A stretch of 64,000 nt of DNA from Balanoglossus misakiensis (taxonomy: Eukaryota; Animalia; Hemichordata): positions 13,093,921-13,157,920 of the forward strand of contig CM082581.2 of NCBI GenBank assembly GCA_040954595.2, in the 5' to 3' direction. A model generated the notes under the pieces. It was not told the DNA's origin. It did no database searches and was given only the letters and a program-made list of their open reading frames with translations. Below, one piece after another: positions 1 to 15,739 of the stretch. A program made the translations under genes and the position numbers. The first letter of the stretch is position 1; the number at the start of each line of letters is the position of its first letter.

Positions 1-221
1 GAAAATTGCAACTGGTTGCATTACTTTCCAGAAAGCTACCCCTCTTGTACTGGGAAGTAGTCCCTTCCCGGAGTGCAAATGGAAAATTCCGCACTTTGCA
101 GACCCCCTGGTTTAGGAGAACTCTTCCCGCATTGGCATAAGATCGGAGTTTCAACGCCCGTCTCCTTCTGATCCGCTTTCTTACTCTTGGATATTTCCTC
201 TGGAATAACGTACAAGCAGCC

Positions 222-4458
<4,237 letters not shown>

Positions 4459-5109
4459 ACAACCAAGAAAACAAGCAAACATCAAACAAACTGTACATTA
4501 CCGACCTGACATCGCTCATAAGCCTACTCATGCTGCCAACTACGAGAACACGCCATTCGTTCTCGCGAGGAAAAAAGATTACTATCACCTCTGTATAAAC
4601 GGCTGAAAAATGAAAGTCATTGAAACGAACTCAAATATTCTACAAAAAAATGCGTTTTTATGTTTACAACAGTAGAGATAATTAATAGCTTGGCAAGTGT
4701 TCATTAGATGTTTGTCCTATAATAAAATAAAACATGAAAAAAGTTGACTTTGGAAGCTGCAAATTCTTCGGTGAAGAGATGATTGACAATTTATACAAAG
4801 GGAGGATTTCTTTTTAACAAGATACCTTAGTTTACCCCAAAGCTTATTTTTGAACGACCGCTTTTTTGTTTCTCACTGTCAACATGATTATAAATGAGTG
4901 TGTTAACCCTAGACTAGAAGAGTGCCAAGTCTTAGAGCTTTTTGTATCAGCCAACCTCCTGACTTTCTGAAGATAAAAAAATGATTTTACATTATTTTCG
5001 TATCAATATTTTGGCAGAGAATCATGGTGACTCTCTTTTTTGTAAACAAATTTGGAGACCGAATCAGGAAGTTATTTGAAACATATGCGGATTGACATCA
5101 TGGTGTCTG

Positions 5110-5177
5110 GCTAGACCCCTCGCCAGTCTCCCCCGCCCCTCTGCTCTTGCTGAGGGGGGATTGGTGAAGTGTCTAGC
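5110..5177. repeat. Short imperfect palindromic element
   Basis: GCTAGACCCCTCGCCAGTCTCCCC pairs with GGGGGGATTGGTGAAGTGTCTAGC (arms of about 24 bp). Confidence 0.55.
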
Positions 5178-7067
5178 GTTTCCATATTTGAATAAAAGTG
5201 ATAAACGGATGAAAGAATTGGTAGGTGTATATCTGTTTCAGTTCAGCCTGCAATTATTCCATGATTTGCAAACAACGTGATGAATGCGATGAACAGAAGC
5301 CAGCCAAAAACAAAAACCCAAAGGCAAACCGCGTTTCACCAGAACAAAATGTGGCCGACAGTAAACAGATGTCACATTTTTCCTGCAGCAGAAATGGAAA
5401 ATTAATTTGGTGGAAAATGTTGCCTCATAGCAAAGATGATAATCCTGTCTGAGCCCGGCTGGACCAGGCAAGAACGAGCGAGAATATGGGTCGTTCGTGT
5501 CTATTCTGCGTTCTTCAAGATTATCCTTGGGTGATGATGACTGTGCGCGAATCGAAGCAGAAGATGCAGTTCTCGCAAATGCACCGAAGTGTAAAAGCAA
5601 ACGAGGACAATCGTAAACTCTCCCCCCCTCCCTCCAAACTGAGGGGATTAACCTCGAACTCACGAATAATCCGGACGGGACACTGGCAAATGACCAAGCC
5701 AACTTGTTGACTGAACAGATTTTGGTCGTTAGCGACTTTAATATTAGTATTAAGTTTGACTGGTGAGGGTTGAACCCCCAGAATAACAAGATAATCACAA
5801 GAAGAGACTCACCTGTGTAGATAATCACATCATGATTAGCAGGGCCTAGGGACGACGGGAATCCTTGCAAAAAAATCAGGGACAGCATGGGTTGTGTAGT
5901 GATTGATCGTACAGGGTGTGCTCCTGTGTTTTGAAAAAAAAGTGAAATATGCAAATTAGTAATTAATTTTACATGGCAATTCCAAAAGTGTGATTGCATT
6001 TTAAATACCCAGTATATAAAGCTAACTTATATGACGCATCTGAGTTCATGGTTGACCTGGTGCCAAGTTCGAATGGCTGCAGGCGTATAAAAACGAACCC
6101 AGTCGAATGATTAGCGTGGATTTCTTCCGAGGGACAAAATAATTAACTCGCGTTTATTTCTGACCAAGTGGAAAATCCTTGCTCTTTATCCACCGTTCTG
6201 TCTTCATAAATTTTAGGTCTTTTCACGGGTATACATATTTCATGAATCGTTTTTTTTATTGACGATATGGCTACGTTTTAGTGCCTCGTCCTACCGTCAC
6301 CATCCGATGTAACATGAAAAAGTGTCCATCGTGATATCCGATGTGAAATAGCGCAGGCGCGTTTTATAGCGAGGGCGACAGATAATATGTGTCTTGAGTC
6401 TTCGGGCCAACGCAACAGATAATTGTGTAGGGCCGTTGCCTGGGAGACTCTAAAACACCGTAACAAGCCCTTTTCAACTAATAGGCCGTGACTAAAATAT
6501 GTGAATGTGATAGTCCCTGAGCCATCGTGATTTCCCCGATGAAATGTCATAATTACGTTGCAATCGCAGTTTCACCTTTTGCAGAATTAAATGTCACCGC
6601 CAGATCCCTCAGAAATCCCAAACGATCAGACGCTAATGACAGGTATATGCGTCGATAATGAGGCGTATAGCATATGTCTACAGTGCATATCGATCTCCTT
6701 CAAACCAGTGCATTTTCCAATTGAACATGATGAAAACGTTGCTTTGATTGTGAAGAAAATACAGACGTTCAGGATCGCCTTTCTCCCTCTATACTGTCTA
6801 TTGTCATGGGCACGTTGATTGTGACAACCACGTGCCAAGCACAGTCAGTTTAGATTGTAAATTACCTCGTTCGTCTTCAAAAAATAAGAATGTTAGAAAC
6901 ATGTCACAGTAACAATGAGCATGCACGTTTATTCTAGATTGACTCAGATGCTGAAAACCTTAACGTCGGATGGTTGATGAAAATAATGGTTTCAGGCAAC
7001 CATTTGACTGCTTCTCCACGAATCGAGTTGAAATAAAGATTTAAACGATATCTCCTATGGCCTAGGT

Positions 7068-7144
7068 TCAGCTGTAGTGTGGGCGTCCCTTCCGAACAGC
7101 CAAGAATCAGCAAAGGTAAAGGCGGCGCCCAAAACTACATCTGA
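7068..7144 (+). other. 77-nt imperfect hairpin (pre-miRNA-like or palindromic repeat)
   Basis: TCAGCTGTAGTGTGGGCGTCCCTT pairs with AAGGCGGCGCCCAAAACTACATCTGA; a G-U pair favours folding on the + strand. Confidence 0.35.
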
Positions 7145-8127
7145 TTTTAATCAGATTGGCCTTTATCCAACAAGAATTCTGTGAAAAAACTTTGGTCGAA
7201 AAAGTGTTTCTAGAGTCTAGCTCACTTCCATCAACATGAATGTAAAACATGTAAATAAGGGGGAGGCTTTTGATTTTCCCTGCAATGTTTTTTTTTTAAT
7301 TTGGAACCCACGCAGTTTTTCAAAGGCATATTTTTTCTAATTAGACCTACATGTATATCAGAAGATCACCCTCGTCTAATATTAAGCTGCCATTCCCAAC
7401 GCCAGAGGGCGTATTCCATGATGTACGGGCTGCTATGCGGATCGAAATTTAAGTGACATGCGCCGTGAGAGCGTATATCAGAAGCCCTTCTTATGATATT
7501 GGGGCTGTTGCGTATTTTTTTAAAGTACAAACAGGTTTCTGGCTCGCAATACAGCGTACATCTCCAAGGAAATTAATGGATTATTTTTAGAGCATTGCAT
7601 ATATATTAGTTCCATATCGGTGCTCAGCATCAAGACGGAGATAACGAAGGCGGTCTGTTAGTAGAACCTCTGTCCGGGACTACGCCGTTTTTTACACTGT
7701 GTTTTAATATCGAATTTATCGGATTCATAATAGTCGCGTTAATGTGCTCAGTGCAAGCGGGCACAGTTACTGTACAAAGGCCGGAGACAGACTCGGTTTG
7801 TGCGATAATTTTTTTTTGCTGGTATACGTGAAACAAGTGTTACAGGCGGTCTACATTTTGGCTTCCAGGATTCCACCAGTTTCGGTCCCCGACACGTGGA
7901 CAACGTTGCCTGCACTGTGAATATGAACAGGGTACTTTCCTGCAACCCGACGGTGACACCATCCATAGGTCTGACGTGTCGCACTTTCTACCAATTCAAC
8001 GCCGCGGGAATCGACGCGCCTACTGTTGACACTCCCAACTAAATTACATTTACAGTAAAAACGAGAGTTCGTTCGTGTAGTGGCCAACGCAACGCCGCGC
8101 CGGTAACCTTCGATTTAAAAAAAACCT

Positions 8128-8179
8128 CTGACGTGCGACATTCGGAAGTGATCACCGAACAGGAAGCAGTGATTCAGTT
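8128..8179 (+). promoter_or_regulatory. Candidate distal core promoter of B55
   Basis: Ets sites CGGAAGTG (8143) and CAGGAAG (8160), Inr-like TCAGTT (8174-8179), CpG-rich context, about 100 nt upstream of ATG 8275. Confidence 0.45.
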
Positions 8180-8274
8180 CATTCTGCGTATCGTTCTTCT
8201 TTCCTAGATAACCGTACACCGGGAGGATAACAAAAATCGTCCTGGGAAACTGAGAATCACATTTTTTCTCCTGG

Positions 8275-8449
8275 ATGTCATTGTTCGGTAGCTTCGTCGA
8301 AATTATGCAAAGGCTCAATCGCCGAAGTCTAATGGCAGAACAGGCTCCGAACAACACATCTGTTTACACGTCTGCTGTACAGACTGTTCAATCCTCCATC
8401 ACTAACTACCGGAGTTTCCTTTCAAGTTTTCCGTCCCAGAAAAAGAAAG
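8275..8449 (+). CDS. Candidate distal alternative first coding exon of PP2A B55 (58 aa, phase 1)
   Basis: ATG-initiated ORF MSLFGSFVEIMQRLNRRSLMAEQAPNNTSVYTSAVQTVQSSITNYRSFLSSFPSQKKK ends at the consensus donor AAG|GTGAGT in phase 1, which matches the B55 exon 2 acceptor at 22940. Confidence 0.6.
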
Positions 8450-8575
8450 GTGAGTGATTTGCATATTTCATCTATCAAATATACCGAGGCATTTTGAATT
8501 ACAAACGCAGCGTGTAATCCGCGGTTTATCGAACGATATTCCCTAAATAAAAGCCGCGAGTTTAAATAGGCTGGC

Positions 8576-8589
8576 GTTGCCCTGGCAAC
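8576..8589. promoter_or_regulatory. RFX X-box
   Basis: GTTGCCCTGGCAAC palindrome; a perfect CRE TGACGTCA lies nearby at 8647-8654. Confidence 0.5.
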
Positions 8590-11494
8590 ACCGTCTTTGC
8601 CAGGGTATGTTCAGTTACTAGTTGCGCGTGCAGGGAGTAAACAAAGTGACGTCACCGATGAGACATTTCTTTCTGTAAATCGATGTCAGTGACGCCACGA
8701 CTTGGCCTTATCCGATCTTACCGCGTGTTTTTTGACAAGGTGCCAAATTAAAACTGTATTTAGTGTATATTTTACTATGTGCAGGAACACACACTGAAGC
8801 TGATACTTATAGGCGCTTAAGAACACTCTAGCTGTAATCAGGTAAAAGAAAAGTGAAAACTGAACCATATTTTGGCGAAGGTCGTGGCTATGATCACGAT
8901 AGACTTGGCGTCATCACACAAAATGTCGGCGCACACTTTATTGAAATATAGGTAGTTTACCTGGCTTGGTATAGATCCGCCATTTTGTCATAGCGATGAT
9001 GCCGTCATCAACTAAGCATTGCAGCAGGTCTACCTGTTTAATAAACGCTCATAAACGACCATCCTCGATTATGGGCACATATACGTGCATATGCCAAACT
9101 GTGATAAAATGAAATAGAGAAAGAGACTTTCATCTTTATTAAAATCGGATATTGGTGATGCGTGCTTCATCTGAAGCCCATTGTTTTCAAGGGGTATCCT
9201 TGGATGGTGATGAAACTCTATAGGTGTGGGGTTTCCATGGATACACAGAGGTCACTGGCATTTCGTCATTCACGAAGAATTGAATATGCCAAGCCAAGTA
9301 GCAGCAATTCGGAGGAAGGGGGGGGGGGGGGAGGCGTAAGGCTGATGGGCTGTATGGTTGCAGTGACCAAGGGCGCCTGTAGACGACAATACCACCGACG
9401 CCTTGTTACCAGTAATGGTGTCTCACTCACGCGCTTGGAGACGGTCCTCACAGGCATAGACTGGTCATTATGTGATTAATTCAAGGGGACCCACTGTTAA
9501 GCGCCACCCTCCAGGGACTTCCTATTCGCTGAAGACCCCCCCCCCCCCAAACAGAGAAGCACACACTGCACACGACATAGGAGCCCAGAGAAACAACACC
9601 ATACTACCACATTCAGGGAATCCCGTTAATTCGGATTAGATAATTGCAGATGATCTTGGTCACCGCGACAACAGCTCAATCAAAGGTGACCAGTCCAAAA
9701 ACTACAGTTTACAAGCATCAGCAATCAGTTTACATGTCGAGAGTCGTTGAGTGGTTTCGATTTCCTTGCAGAAACCTAACACAGCTCTTTGCGTACACTT
9801 ATCTTCAATTAGACGCCTCGGAAATCTCATCGACGCTGCCGTAAAATTTAGTCAATTCGACAAATCGGAGTACTACATATACTATCTATCAGCTATCTAT
9901 TTATTGCATGCTGCGACAGCATGTGGATACATGTGTTAATTTGTTTGTCTGTTTTATACATTTTTTAAAGATTTCTATGGCTGAGCGATTGATTTTTCTA
10001 CCAGTAAAAGCTCATAATTTTAGGGCACTGGGTAATTGATCTATTTTGAACAGTCTGATTAATTCTCCTAGTAAATAAACGATTGAAGCGAGGTTTTAAG
10101 TTGTATGCGAATAGAGGACGACCCCTATAAAATATTCAGTAAGGAGACATGCATATGACTGTTTTGAGATATGTAAACAGGGAAGCTACCGACAGCATAA
10201 AAAATTAAACACCGACTCCTGTATCAGTTTACAATGTAGATATTGTCAGTAAGGAGTCGTTTCACAGACGATGCATGATTCAAAGGAGACCATTTATGAA
10301 ATTGCTCTTGTTCATTTTTATGAGATCGCGAATGAAAGTGGCGGGTGGTGTAAAAAGAGGGGGAGTATAAATAAAATACACGTAGGCGGGTAGTAAGCTA
10401 GCTATCCGCATTCGTATGCGTCTCTAGAAGGTAGATGGAGACACCGTGTCTGGTTCATCAAGCCCCCTCCATTTGAGATTATTTCTGAGACTCTCCAGAT
10501 CTTCAATCTTTGCTTGTTTTTATCCAAACCATGTTCTACTGGCCAAGGGAGCAACGTCGGATTTATTTACACGTGCCTAATGCAACAGAAAACATCACCG
10601 CGGTGGGAAAGAGAATTGTCTCTGGCGTCGGATGTGGTTCTTGTGCCGTGTCTGACATTACATGCGAATATTCATTGTCATCCTAACTTTACAAATATCG
10701 CCGAGCTTTTGATACTTTTGTTCTTCTGAAATACAGATGCAGACTTATCACAAAGATAGACCTGGAGTTTTATGAGGTACATGCCTACCGAAGTACCAAA
10801 TAAAATTTTCAATTTCTGTAACGCCTCTTCAATACGTGTTCCAAGGGGAGGGAGAGGGGAGAGAACGCCTTGGTGACCTAGGCCTCTTTGTTGCATGACC
10901 CCCCCCCCCCCTCTGACGAACGGGTGTGTCCTGGGCCATCAAAACACCACGGTAGATTTGCTATCCAATTGTGCCTCAGCAATTGCACTTTCTGCATGTT
11001 GCTGGTGTCAACCTCTGTGTAACGTGGCTTCTGCCCGAGTGACCCTAAAAGCGCTCATGCATCAAGTATACCGCTATACAGATTGAGGTGCAATGGCTGA
11101 CGTGTGCACACGGTGTAGGTTTGACCGAGAGGCAAATGTAGAGATAATCATCCGAAGACACACGAATAATTTGCAACAAAACAGAAGGGAGACAAATGTC
11201 AGAGCAGCGACCTCTGACAATATCGGTCTTGTCTCTGTTTAATGTCAAAAGACCTACTCTTCAACTGCCGAAGGGGCTGATCGTCATCTCGACTTATCTT
11301 CCCTTAATTATTTTCGCGAAATAGCATTTTTTTCTTGTTTAAATAGAACACATCGACCCCAGAAAATCCGTAACCTTTTAAAATTGAAATTACAGATTAA
11401 TTTGTAAAAAAAGTTTTGACATTTTAGTTTTATGTAACATTTAATCTGTACTATTGCAATTTGTCCGCTGAGATATTGCACTGGTGCAATGCAC

Positions 11495-11990
11495 TTAGTA
11501 TCCAGATGTTGCACTGAATTGCTTCCAGGTGCGCATACTTGGTTCGGCCATCTTTTCTCTGTAATCTCTGTGCTGGGCTCGACCTTTGGTTGGGGTTTCA
11601 TTTCTACCTTGCACACGGTTTTGCCTGAAAGTTTCATTTTTTGATGAACCAGAACTTCCTTGAAGTACTTTGCAGACATACAATCGATAGTTCCTAATCG
11701 GTGGAATAACTTTAAATTTACATGTTTTGAGAAAAAATGACAGAAAACTGTTACTTACAGTACAGGATGTGCGCAATGGGGCTGCAAGCCAGGAGAACAG
11801 TCACCCTTGATTTTCTTCAAGTCACTTTCTATAACCGATGGTTTCTGTACATTATCTTCAATGAAGCTATCGAAATCTTGGAAAATCCAGTCCATGTTTT
11901 CACAGTCCTGACCTTCACTTTCACTCGGTTGTCGGAAATTCTTCTGGGTAATGAATAGGTCGTTGTGGTCACACTACTTTCAGCCATGAT
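11495..11990 (-). pseudogene. Degenerate two-exon coding remnant, possibly derived from a DUF3504/Crypton-type transposon
   Basis: MAESS (frameshift) CDHNDLFITQKNFRQ...MDWIFQDFDSFIEDN...HPVL, donor CT|gtaagt near 11757, acceptor near 11693, then ...MRTWKQF...*. Family assignment rests only on a weak remembered resemblance. Confidence 0.25.
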
Positions 11991-13666
11991 GTTCACACGT
12001 CAAAGATTGAGTTTCGAATGATGGAAGTGGCACCTCAATGACCATGTGACAAATGAACTGACTGACAATTATCCAATCAAAACGTGTCATTCACCAGGTG
12101 CATTTGGTGAAGCTTGTGATTGGTTGATGTGATTGAGAAGTTGTTTAGCATATACCAAAATCAAAGATGTTGTCATAATGCTTCGTGTTGTAAGCCGGAC
12201 GGAATGTACTCGACAATTTTGTTGGTAAACGCGGTACGGCATCCGTACTCACTCAATCTCGGTTTCGGCGGTGCAAAAATCTCTAATCTGCGAGCATGAA
12301 AAAATACTCATTATCCCGTTATGTTGCCGACGAGGCTTAGATAATGGTGTTCTCGTTCACGCTCTGGTGACAGTCAGAAAAAAATAAGTCTGATCTGTAA
12401 GTATTGGGGACAACGAGTAAGACTAGTACAGAGAATTATAACTTCAACAAGAAGCCCGACTTCTTCATCATAACCATCGATGACTTGGTTAAGCTCAGAA
12501 AGGATTCATACATAATTCTGAAATCGCGCACGTGTCTTGCTAGCCAAACGATACGGATCATTTCCGCCGGAGCGTATCAATCACGTATACTCTTACATTA
12601 TGATGCTTTTCATCTTGGAGGTATGATTGCGACATGAAACTGGAGATATTCTGCCTGGTTTGGCAATATGTCTCGAACCCAAGTAAGCAGAGCTCAAAAG
12701 AAATGAAAAACATCGACAAACTACACGCATGCTCACTAGGGAGCTAAGTCTAGGATGAGTCTTCTTGTGAGCTAGAAATTAAATTCTCTAATGCCGGAGA
12801 AAATGAGTTCGCCGTTTCCCTGGAGACGATGAGGCTGAACGCGTATACTTACGTTCGTTGCGCCAATATTTTGACTGTAAACTTTCGTCCGTTTGCTAAT
12901 GTGCTCATTCGTAAAGGGAGCAGGTGTTTCGCGCCAGTAGTCAATGTTCAGACTTCCTCGCACGTAAATTCATTTTGGAGATAAGCAAACGAGAGAGAGA
13001 GAAGCGATTTTCCCTTTCGCTATCACAAACAGGTGTTTTTGTTGGCGGTTTAAACAAGGCCGTAATCCGTTTAATGATGGGCATCTGACGTATATTGGGA
13101 TAACAACCTACTTTTTGAAAAGAAAAAAAAACACGAGACATTTTGAATTTGTTATATCTTAACTCTGACTATCATTCGTTGTCGGAGTGGTTTGACTCTG
13201 GTTGCGAGTTTGAGACTCACTTTCAGGGAAAAACGCTCACAGGTGAACAGCTTGCATAATTCTTCGTTTCTGAACCAGCCACGCACTCTTAGTTCGTGCT
13301 GTTGAACGCCTCCACATAAATTAATCTTCCAAACTCACTGCCGAAGGACGATGATTCCAGACGAATACTTCTTGCTTTGCAGACCCGTTGGTGGCGTTTG
13401 CCCCCGGGGGTGAAAAAGAGAGGGCGCGACACTGCAGCGTAGGAAATTATTCATCGAAATCAACCTCGTCCCAGAGGATTATATCTCTCAGTTGTCTAAA
13501 CTTTGAGTAGCTTCCTACAGAAGGAGCGGATATCTTGCCCTGCACTCGCAGTCAGAAAAAAAGTCTGCTATGATTATCATAACAGAATTATCAAGGCGTG
13601 TCTGTAACGTGAAGTTAGAAACCAGGCTATATCGCAGGAAGTGCTTCCATTGAGAGCCAGAGAAGG

Positions 13667-13689
13667 GAGAGCGAGAGAGAGAGAGAGAG
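13667..13689. repeat. (GA)n microsatellite / GAGA element
   Basis: gagagcgagagagagagagagag, followed by Inr-like TCAGT at 13698 and TCAGTC at 13803. Confidence 0.7.
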
Positions 13690-14200
13690 CAGCTGATTCA
13701 GTGACAACTCAATTAGAGCGGGAAATCAACGCGCCTGCTCTCGCCTAGGCGCAGTTGATCATTCCCCAGAAAGCATCTCGTTGCCAATGAGACGTGTCCT
13801 CTTCAGTCAACAGCGTGGAAGGGAACATGGTTGGATCCTCCGCAGAAGCGATGTGAGCGACATGTTAATCTCATCAGTCTGCTGTCGGAAAAACAACTCA
13901 TTGATGGTCTCTTCACTGCACCTTTCGACGTGTGTATTCTCTCGGAGGCTCCACTTGAATTCTGTGTGGCCGTCACTTTACGCGGAGGCATCGATTGACG
14001 CTTTGGAGTAGCCCCATTCACCAATTGACGAGTTTCTGTGGAAAGTACTGTTAATACATTGGCATTCTCGTGTGTAAAAATAACACATCCAGCCGGCCTT
14101 GGCAGAGTAGCGCATTTCATGTCAAATTTCTTTCGGGGAAACAAACGCCCGCGGCTTTAAACAGAAAAAAAGGAGACACTCAATCCCCCGAAACCTGTTA

Positions 14201-14267
14201 ATGTTTCGGGGTTTTATTATGAGGAATATAGTGTTCTATCATCGCAAGAAAAAACGACAGATGAAAG
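14201..14267 (+). CDS. Candidate alternative first coding exon of PP2A B55 (basic 22-aa leader, phase 1)
   Basis: MFRGFIMRNIVFYHRKKKRQMK + G|GTAGGC; 67 nt = phase 1. Further in-frame ATGs at 14219 and 14261. Lies downstream of a GAGA/Inr region. Confidence 0.45.
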
Positions 14268-15688
14268 GTAGGCCTTTTATCCAGCGTCGGTTTTATCATT
14301 TTATATATGTATGGCATTTACTCGATCGTCATCATTTTAGATTATTTTCATTTCATATTTTTAATCGACATAATTTTGTGAGCACGTGACAAGATTACAT
14401 TATTACTCGTTGTATTTGTGAGATGGAAACCTTTCAAAATGCGATGTCCGATACTTGGTTTGTGTCAGACACGATGTCTGTAAGGCATAACGCCCCTGTC
14501 CATTCTGTCTAACATGGGCTCAGATGTTGGCGCGCCTAACCACGACAGACACTGGTCACGTGCAAAGTTTAGGCCATATTTTGCTGTTTGGTGGACCCTT
14601 TCGATGTATTGTCGACACGTTGGTGAAGGCAACAGGTATTAAACTTACACCTTGAGAGAGAGACAGATGGACTGTTGTACAAATATGCGTCATACACTGT
14701 ACGTAACATAAAGGCCAACAAACTTTGAGAAACCACGGCCACTCCAAACATGGCCCGCCGGGAAATCTTTGCACGTGACGCTATTTCCATGAAAACACAC
14801 GAAAGTTGTCAGAAACTAAACAGATCACCAATAGTTGTATGTAGTGTGTTTATTTGAGTCTAGTTTTCATTTTAACTTGTAAACAACTACATGTACGTGA
14901 TTTACTCACGTGACGTCAGCACATTCCTGTAGGCGAGAACACCTACTCCTAACAAACGCGGTTGCCATGATGATCGTTGAGACATCGATGCATCATCAAG
15001 TCGCTCTGTTCGACCTTTGCCTCTGTCACAGTCGTAAATATCACATCAACTAGCACTTTCTTTACACAATTTACCTTGATCTGCGCACACTTACCATGAG
15101 CAGGAAACCTCAGTCCTCTACACTGTACTACACGAAGACTTTCACCTATTTGTCTACCCCGGAGCGGTATGACCTTTATTGAAGCTAAAACAAATCTTGT
15201 CACAGGAGAGATTCCGCCACAAAGATTTTAGTGAAGAGTTTGACAGTAAAGGTGGCCATCTTGTCTTGCCCTTCAGTTTCCGTGCGCATGGGTCTCCTGT
15301 AAATCATCGCTCGCTCCGAAGAATGTATCCGAATGTTTACCCTGTGCGTCTTTGACATTTTATGATTTACGCCACTTTTATCTGAATTTATGAACGCACA
15401 CAGGTAATGCACTAATTGGACACGATGTCAACATCAGCTGCCGTTACACACATACACAGAGCATGTGCGTCACGGTCAGAACGAAAAGAGCGTTTTGTTT
15501 GTTGTAGGAATGTCTGGTGCAGCCCGGGCCCACGTCGACATTCCGATATTCCGCTTTGACAGTCTCTGATGTTTATAGAAGATGAGAATATAAATCAACA
15601 GTATATTCCATTAAGGATAAGAGCGACATAACCACTCTTGGCTATTAATAATTTACGGGTGTCGATGTAATATCAATGTAGACATCTT

Positions 15689-15739
15689 GTTGGTTGGTTG
15701 GTTGGTTGGTTGGTTGGTTGGGTGGGTGGGTGGGTGGGT
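15689..15739 (+). repeat. Compound (GTTG)n(GGGT)n microsatellite with a G-quadruplex motif
   Basis: gttggttg...gggtgggtgggtgggtggg read directly. Confidence 0.9.

Noticed and set aside
6040-6080. tRNA-derived SINE (GTTCGAAT B-box-like word)
   Set aside because: A-box to B-box spacing is too short and there is no tail or target-site duplication.
7073-7081. miR-142-like seed (TGTAGTGT) in the 7068 hairpin
   Set aside because: The rest of the arm does not match and miR-142 is vertebrate-specific; this is a chance 8-mer.
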